From the IMG/VR virus record IMGVR_UViG_3300030019_000003, positions 1-64,000 of that record: 64,000 nucleotides of DNA; one strand, written 5' to 3'. The position numbers and the translations under genes are program-made. Under the pieces are notes generated by a model that saw nothing but the letters and a program-made list of their open reading frames with translations, did not search any database and was not told where the DNA came from. Positions 57,783 through 64,000 of the stretch are shown here, piece by piece. Within the stretch, counting starts at the first letter, position 1. Every line of letters starts with the position of its first letter.

Positions 57783-60734
57783 ATGGCGTCATGTACTTTA
57801 ACCGATGAAAAAACCGGCAGTGAAATAAATCTAGAGATGAATGGCCTAACACTGCAAGACAGTGTTTTTTTATTGCCAGTGGTATCTGGACAGATTGCCA
57901 GAGAAGAAGATTATGAAAATGTTGTAAAAAAATATTCAGCTATCCTTAATAAACAAGCATTCTGTATACATACACCTACCATACTTATACCTGAAGATGG
58001 TGCGAAAGATGTTTATGGTGTATTCATGTCAAGTCCATTTTCAACTATCAGTAGTTATAATGGAGAACACCTTGCTTCACAATGGCAGATCGGTATTGAT
58101 TCTACTTTTACTAATAACCTTTATGACTCAGGTGTTAGTACCGACAACTTAACCTCTTGTCTTTTTAACCCTATATTATTTTCAACTACTCATTATGTAA
58201 GGGTACGTTATTTCTCTGCTGAATTTATAAGCAATTGGTCATCAGTAGTCACTTTTGAGAGTAAAGCAACATTGGTTAAAGCTCCAGAGGTTACTACGAA
58301 TGAATCTGCTACAGGAACTTCTTTAACACCTACATTTACAACTAGTGCGTTCTCTGTTCTTAATGGTACAGATACTTTACTAAGTGTAAGCTGGATGATA
58401 GCTAAAGATATCGGGTTCAACCATACTATCCTAGAAAAAACTATCACAGATAACCCAACTATTTTAACACTTGATACACCTTTAGAGATAGGTGTAACCT
58501 ACTTTATTAAAGCACGATTTAACGGTCAGGCATTTACAAGTCCATGGGGCACAGCGTTAATGTTTAAAACAGTAAGTAATACTGAGAAACCTATCTTAAC
58601 AGGTTCATTAGGTATTGTAGAGAATACAACTACAACTGTTAATGTTAGTAACTATAAACCATCTCAAACATATACTTATAGTGTATCACTCGGTGGATGT
58701 ACTTTTTTAGATGGTATCGTAACGTGGAAATTACCACGTGTTAATGGTGATACTGTAGCTGCATTAACAATGACTGCTACGGATACTGTTAATGGTTTAA
58801 ATACCAGTGAAGTAACAGTATTTGCTATTACGGTACTAGATACACCTATGCTAGCAGATAATGTCATTACCTATAATGATACGACAATAGCAGCATCATT
58901 CTTAAATACTAATTTAGAAACAGATAGTAATGAACTTCAACCTGTGTTAGGAGATATTCATGATCTTTATAACAAAAATACTTTAGATAAGATATATGTT
59001 AACACACTTATGTATAACCCTAAATCTGGTGATGTTTTAAAATCTGATAAAGGTGAACTATTTACAGTGGGTAGTATTGGTAATGATGCTGTAGTACCTA
59101 TGATAGGTATTAAAGTTATATCAGGCGGTCTTAGACATTATGCTTGTATAAAAGAAGATGGTTATGTCTATACTGTTGGTGACAATACCTATGGTCAATT
59201 AGGTTTAGGTAACAATGATAATAGTATGGCATGGGTTAATACCGGTATCAAAGCTATACACGTGGTATGCGGATCTTATAGTACTTTTATTATAACTGAA
59301 AATAATGAACTGTTTGCTACAGGTTTAGGAACATCAGGTGAATTCGGTAGTGCTTCTGAAATACGTAACACTTTCTTAACATGTAACATTAATGTTAAAG
59401 CAGTTGATATTAGCGATCGTACTACTGTGATTATTGATCTAAATGATAATGCTATGATTACGGGTAAAAACACTTATGGTCAATGCTCTGATGGTAGTGT
59501 TGTGACACGCTACAGTTGGAATAACACTAATATCAAAGCTAGTAAAGTATTTGCAGGGTTACATAATATAGGCTGTATTGATTCTACGGGTATAACTTAT
59601 ACTGCGGGTAGGAATGATTATAATCAATGTGGTTATGCTAACAATGGTGAAGATACCAGTGTAAAAGCTTTAAATCCTTTAGATGTAACATGTGATACAT
59701 TAGCATTTGGAGACGCGCATCTTGTTATTAAGAAACCGGATAGTACTATATGGGGTATTGGTAGAAATGACCTAGGTCAAGTAGGTTTAAAACATTATGA
59801 TGTTGTAGACGTATTAACACAAACTACTTATACCGCAGCAAGTATTTTTTCAAGAGGAAACTATTCTGCTTTATTAACAAGTGATGGTAAAATTCTAACT
59901 ACAGGTTTCTCTGGTAACGGTGAGACAGGTAAGAATAGTGTTAACAATACAAATGATTACTCGATGGTTCTATCAGGTGCTGTTGCGCTTGCTGGAGGGT
60001 ATTACGGTATACTTATGTTAACATCAACCGGAACACTTTATATAACGGGTAAGAATGATTTAGGTCAATTAGGTGTTAATAGTAAGAATACGGTAATGTA
60101 CCTTATTCCTACTTTGTCATTAATGCAAAAGATCTTTACAAATGTAAATACTAAACCCAATACATGGATAACACCGTTAGGGTCACCTTTAGCATCTCCT
60201 GCTTTAAAAGTGTATATACAAAAGCATTACGGCATTTCATTACCTGTTACACAAGAGGCAGGCGAGAATAACTTCGCGCAGGTATATACATCTTATACAA
60301 CTGAAAGAGTGGTAGACGTGTTAAATCATGATAAGCTTAATGCCCCAGATAGACTCTATATTGATAATAGATTATTAGATAGTGCTATTGGGATGTGGTT
60401 TATTACAGATTATGGCCAAATATTCTATGCTAAAAATGTTGGTACAGATGATGCGGTCATTAGCGTATATTTGGATAAGGAATATTTTGTAACCTATTAT
60501 ATTATTCCTGATAGAGAACTTGCTAAGATACCTTTAGCTGTTTATTCTATTACAACGGTTAGCTACAACGAAGCAACTCCTGCTCCGATAGATGCTACCT
60601 ATTTAAATAATGTACTAGTGGTAACCTATGATATTGCAGATATTACACCAACACAGGTTGTTACAACCACAGTGGTTATTCCTTCTAGCAATATACTAAC
60701 AAGCCTTACAGAGTATTTATACAAATTGAAATAA
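57783..60734 (+). CDS. Large tail appendage protein: Fn3/Ig-like modules + RCC1-like beta-propeller
   Basis: Repeats such as VYTVGDNTYGQLGLG, TGKNTYGQC, AGRNDYNQCG, GRNDLGQVG, TGKNDLGQLG. Confidence 0.75.
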   Translation: MASCTLTDEKTGSEINLEMNGLTLQDSVFLLPVVSGQIAREEDYENVVKKYSAILNKQAFCIHTPTILIPEDGAKDVYGVFMSSPFSTISSYNGEHLASQWQIGIDSTFTNNLYDSGVSTDNLTSCLFNPILFSTTHYVRVRYFSAEFISNWSSVVTFESKATLVKAPEVTTNESATGTSLTPTFTTSAFSVLNGTDTLLSVSWMIAKDIGFNHTILEKTITDNPTILTLDTPLEIGVTYFIKARFNGQAFTSPWGTALMFKTVSNTEKPILTGSLGIVENTTTTVNVSNYKPSQTYTYSVSLGGCTFLDGIVTWKLPRVNGDTVAALTMTATDTVNGLNTSEVTVFAITVLDTPMLADNVITYNDTTIAASFLNTNLETDSNELQPVLGDIHDLYNKNTLDKIYVNTLMYNPKSGDVLKSDKGELFTVGSIGNDAVVPMIGIKVISGGLRHYACIKEDGYVYTVGDNTYGQLGLGNNDNSMAWVNTGIKAIHVVCGSYSTFIITENNELFATGLGTSGEFGSASEIRNTFLTCNINVKAVDISDRTTVIIDLNDNAMITGKNTYGQCSDGSVVTRYSWNNTNIKASKVFAGLHNIGCIDSTGITYTAGRNDYNQCGYANNGEDTSVKALNPLDVTCDTLAFGDAHLVIKKPDSTIWGIGRNDLGQVGLKHYDVVDVLTQTTYTAASIFSRGNYSALLTSDGKILTTGFSGNGETGKNSVNNTNDYSMVLSGAVALAGGYYGILMLTSTGTLYITGKNDLGQLGVNSKNTVMYLIPTLSLMQKIFTNVNTKPNTWITPLGSPLASPALKVYIQKHYGISLPVTQEAGENNFAQVYTSYTTERVVDVLNHDKLNAPDRLYIDNRLLDSAIGMWFITDYGQIFYAKNVGTDDAVISVYLDKEYFVTYYIIPDRELAKIPLAVYSITTVSYNEATPAPIDATYLNNVLVVTYDIADITPTQVVTTTVVIPSSNILTSLTEYLYKLK

Positions 60735-60743
60735 GGACAAGAC

Positions 60744-63700
60744 GTGAATTCTATTTTAGATAAAATAAAACCTATCATTAGTTTATATCATATTTCTAAA
60801 AAGTTTATGATAAGGGTGTTCTTAACAGATCATCCTACTACTGATATAACCATAACCTTTCCAAGAGAAGATGGAACATTGTTAACAGTAGATGAATTAG
60901 ATACTACTATATTAACAACAGCAGAAATTGCCTCTAATAATATACTTGCTATCGTAAAACCGGCTATTACTTTTCCAGTTAATGGGGCAACAGGTTTCTA
61001 CGGTACTGTTATAGCAACGCCTTACCAGTATAATGGAAACTTTATAGGTGAACATACTGGAACAGATTGGGAGTTTTCTACAGTAGCTGATTTCTCTGTA
61101 AAAGAAACAGCTATTAAGAATGATATGATAAACCTAACAAGTTATCCTATTGATCCTAACCTAACAGATACTCTTTATTATGCTAGAGTTAGATACCGAA
61201 GCGGTACTATCGTTAGTCAGTATTCAGATGTCATTAGTTTTACAACACCTTCTGGATATGCCGTTAAGCCTACAATTTCTGTTAAAAATGATAGATTTAA
61301 AACATCTTTGTTACCTAATCTAGCATTAACAGATCTTAAGATCATTGGTGATAACGATACTATTACTAAAGTAGATTGGGAGGTAAGCGCTAATCTTAAC
61401 TTCACCGATATCAAATTCAGTTCTTATAACGATACTGTGAATCTTACAGGTATCACCGTATCAAGTGGTGTAGCGGTAGGTAACACTTATTTTGCTAGAG
61501 CTAGACAATATGGTGATAAGTATGAAACTAGTTGGTCTGAGCCAACGAGCTTTACAGCGGGTACACAAACTACTGATCCTATATTAGTAGGTGATACAGA
61601 AGCCTATGAAAGAGGCACACTAACTGTTACTATTTCTAACTATGATAGTAACTGTTCATATACCATTACTAATAATGGTGGTAGTGTTACTCGTAGCGAT
61701 GATGTTCTAACATGGGTGCTACCAGGTGTTGTTACAGATCAAGATTATTTTTTAAGTGTTACAGCCAAAGATCTTTTAGGTGGTTTACCTGTAAGTAATA
61801 GTGTTAAACATACTGTTACAGTTATGAATATTGCAACAGGTTATGACCAGATGCTATCGTATAACCCAACTACGATTCCGTTATCTTTTAAAGATACCTC
61901 TTTGAATCTTGTAAATGGTGTATCTGAAAATAGACCTTTCAATCTACATGATAAAAGTATTGCTAGTAGAGTAGATAAGATAGCGATTAATAACTATTAC
62001 TATACACCAGTAGTAGGCGATAAACTCTATACCGATACAGCTGAAGAATTTGAAGTAAAATCGTTTACAGCAAATGTCACTGTTGATCTTACAAATGTAA
62101 TATCCGGGGCATGTGGTTCTGATTATACAATGTTATTAAAAAGTAATGGTGACCTGTATGCAGCTGGATCTAACATGTATGGTCAATTAGGTTTACCCGA
62201 TACTATTGCTGGAGTAGAATATTTTACATTAGTAACAACGGGTGTTAAACAAGTAAGCGCTGGTCTCTATCATACTGTTATTGTTAAAAATGATGGTAAG
62301 GTTTATGTTACAGGAAGAAATAACTTTGGGCAACTAGGGTTAGGAGATAATGTAGATAGGCACGGTTTTACAGAATTGAGTATTGGTAGCTTACTTACAG
62401 TATTTGCTTTTGATAATCAAATAGCTGTATTAAGAACAACAGGTACCGTTGCAACATGTGGGTATAACATGGGTGGCGAGTGTGGTGTAGGTGACCTTAG
62501 TAACAAGATGGCTCTTACGGAAACAAACCTAACAGGTATTACCTTTATTGTTGTAACAGGTAGTGGTATAGCATGTCTTGATGCTGCTGGTAATGGATAT
62601 GTTACTGGATTAAACACACAGGGTATGTTAGGTACTGGAAATACTACTCCAACAACTACTTTTATTAAAACAAGTACTACAGGTTTATTAAACTTAAGCA
62701 TAGGCTATACTCATGGGTTGTTTGTAAAAGCAGATGGTACAGTAGTAGTTGTAGGTTCAAATACTTATGGACAAATTGGTCAAGGCGTGTTACCTAGTTC
62801 AAGTGCGCTATTAACATTACCTATTACTAATATTAAAAAAGCATTTGCCCCTAGATGGAGTAGTTTACTATTAGCTAATGACGGTAGTGTATATGCAGCT
62901 GGATTTAATAACTTTGGTCAAACTGGCCTAGAAGTTACAACTGCTAATATTACAGCATTTACATTAACAGGATATAAAGCTTCTGATATCATAGCTGGTC
63001 CAAACCATACATTAGTTATTAAAGCAGACGGGTCAATACTTTTATTTGGACTAAATGCAAGTAACCAACTTGGTTTTAAATCAAGAGATATTAACAAGAT
63101 TTATATTAACACACCAAGTTTGTATTATCCGGATATGTATGTTACACCTGTTACTAACTTGGGACATGTACCTATTGGTGTACATCGTAAAGATGTTACT
63201 ATTATAGCAGAGCCAGTTGTTCAAAATACAGGTGATTCTGATTTTTCAGCTGTTAATGATTGTGTTATTTCAGAGTCTACTCGTAATGTGATAGACAGTA
63301 CATTACAATCAACGGCTAATAAGCTTTACATCAATAACCAGTATGTTGACTTAAAACTAGGTCAGCAACTTATAACTGAGAATAACGAAATTATTACCAT
63401 AGGTAATATTGGTAGTGATGGTTCTGATACTGCTATATCTGGTATCAAAAGTATTATAGGTGCTACTTCAGGTGTGTTTGCTATTAAAGAAAACTCTGAG
63501 CTTTGGTATATAGGTTTAAACATCTACGGTGAAGCTGGTGTTGGCCATAATAGTAATCTAACGGAATGGGCCTATTGTGGTATTAAAGTTAGTTCAATTG
63601 CTACAGGTAAAGGATTTACATTAGCCATTAGAGATACTGATGGAATGGTTCTTAGTGCAGGTATTAATGTTTATGGCCAATTAGGACTAGGTACCGTTAC

Positions 63701-64000
63701 TGATACTAATATCTGGAAAGAATCTAATTTTTATGCAACTCGTGTAGCTGCTGGTAATAACCATGCTTTAGCACTAGATCTACAAGGATTACTTTATGCT
63801 GTAGGTTTAAATAATCATGGACAACTTGGTATTAACTCATCTACTATTCTTAATAAGACCGTGTGGACAGCTTGTGTTCTTCCTCCTACTGTTTATACTG
63901 TAGCTGCTAGAATCTATTGTGGCGGTGATAGTTCTTACGTTATTAGAACAGATAGTGTGTTATATTCAGCCGGTAGAAATGATTATGGTCAATTAGGTAT
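60744..64000 (+). CDS. Very large tail appendage protein with Fn3/Ig-like modules and at least two RCC1-like propellers, partial (runs off the window end)
   Basis: GTG start behind AAGGA; frame checked by hand at several points (HTGTDWEFS, AAGSNMYGQLG, final YSAGRNDYGQLG); missing from the ORF track because no stop lies in the window. Confidence 0.75.
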   Translation, partial: MNSILDKIKPIISLYHISKKFMIRVFLTDHPTTDITITFPREDGTLLTVDELDTTILTTAEIASNNILAIVKPAITFPVNGATGFYGTVIATPYQYNGNFIGEHTGTDWEFSTVADFSVKETAIKNDMINLTSYPIDPNLTDTLYYARVRYRSGTIVSQYSDVISFTTPSGYAVKPTISVKNDRFKTSLLPNLALTDLKIIGDNDTITKVDWEVSANLNFTDIKFSSYNDTVNLTGITVSSGVAVGNTYFARARQYGDKYETSWSEPTSFTAGTQTTDPILVGDTEAYERGTLTVTISNYDSNCSYTITNNGGSVTRSDDVLTWVLPGVVTDQDYFLSVTAKDLLGGLPVSNSVKHTVTVMNIATGYDQMLSYNPTTIPLSFKDTSLNLVNGVSENRPFNLHDKSIASRVDKIAINNYYYTPVVGDKLYTDTAEEFEVKSFTANVTVDLTNVISGACGSDYTMLLKSNGDLYAAGSNMYGQLGLPDTIAGVEYFTLVTTGVKQVSAGLYHTVIVKNDGKVYVTGRNNFGQLGLGDNVDRHGFTELSIGSLLTVFAFDNQIAVLRTTGTVATCGYNMGGECGVGDLSNKMALTETNLTGITFIVVTGSGIACLDAAGNGYVTGLNTQGMLGTGNTTPTTTFIKTSTTGLLNLSIGYTHGLFVKADGTVVVVGSNTYGQIGQGVLPSSSALLTLPITNIKKAFAPRWSSLLLANDGSVYAAGFNNFGQTGLEVTTANITAFTLTGYKASDIIAGPNHTLVIKADGSILLFGLNASNQLGFKSRDINKIYINTPSLYYPDMYVTPVTNLGHVPIGVHRKDVTIIAEPVVQNTGDSDFSAVNDCVISESTRNVIDSTLQSTANKLYINNQYVDLKLGQQLITENNEIITIGNIGSDGSDTAISGIKSIIGATSGVFAIKENSELWYIGLNIYGEAGVGHNSNLTEWAYCGIKVSSIATGKGFTLAIRDTDGMVLSAGINVYGQLGLGTVTDTNIWKESNFYATRVAAGNNHALALDLQGLLYAVGLNNHGQLGINSSTILNKTVWTACVLPPTVYTVAARIYCGGDSSYVIRTDSVLYSAGRNDYGQLG

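Noticed and set aside
59100-64000. Periodic GGTCAATTAGG-like DNA repeats as a CRISPR or tandem array
   Set aside because: They are codons for the YGQLG motif of RCC1-like protein repeats, with irregular spacing and in-frame context
1-64000. Chimallin, PhuZ tubulin, major capsid, terminase, tRNAs, alternative genetic code
   Set aside because: None recognisable here; long ORFs terminate normally at TAA, TAG and TGA under code 11, so a nucleus-forming lifestyle is only inferred from family resemblance

Overview
An AT-rich 64 kb segment of a phiKZ-like jumbo phage (phiKZ-related/Chimalliviridae-type; chimallin itself is not in this window). About 1-35 kb is a virion-gene block syntenic with phiKZ gp84-gp101. 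It has six dispersed paralogous head-internal proteins with acidic propeptides and S/A/G-x-E protease sites, two Ig/beta-propeller proteins, small plus-strand unknown genes, and the exonuclease/motif-A half of the split family-B DNA polymerase, which is interrupted by an ORF-less group I intron. About 35-40 kb encodes a non-virion RNA polymerase beta-prime C-terminal subunit and an SF2 helicase carrying a class 3 intein. About 40.6-44.8 kb is a phage-encoded envelope/signalling operon: membrane protein, response regulator, sensor histidine kinase, small secreted protein and outer-membrane beta-barrel. About 44.8-64 kb is a tail-fibre region whose proteins share one scaffold with swappable discoidin or RCC1-like inserts. 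Embedded in it, next to a Cys-tailed gp38-like adhesin, is a radical SAM/SPASM + asparagine-synthetase-like + methyltransferase + Na+/solute symporter cassette. Long, often loop-less palindromes mark many gene ends. No tRNA, rRNA or CRISPR array was seen. phiKZ gene equivalences come from remembered motifs and synteny, not from a database search.
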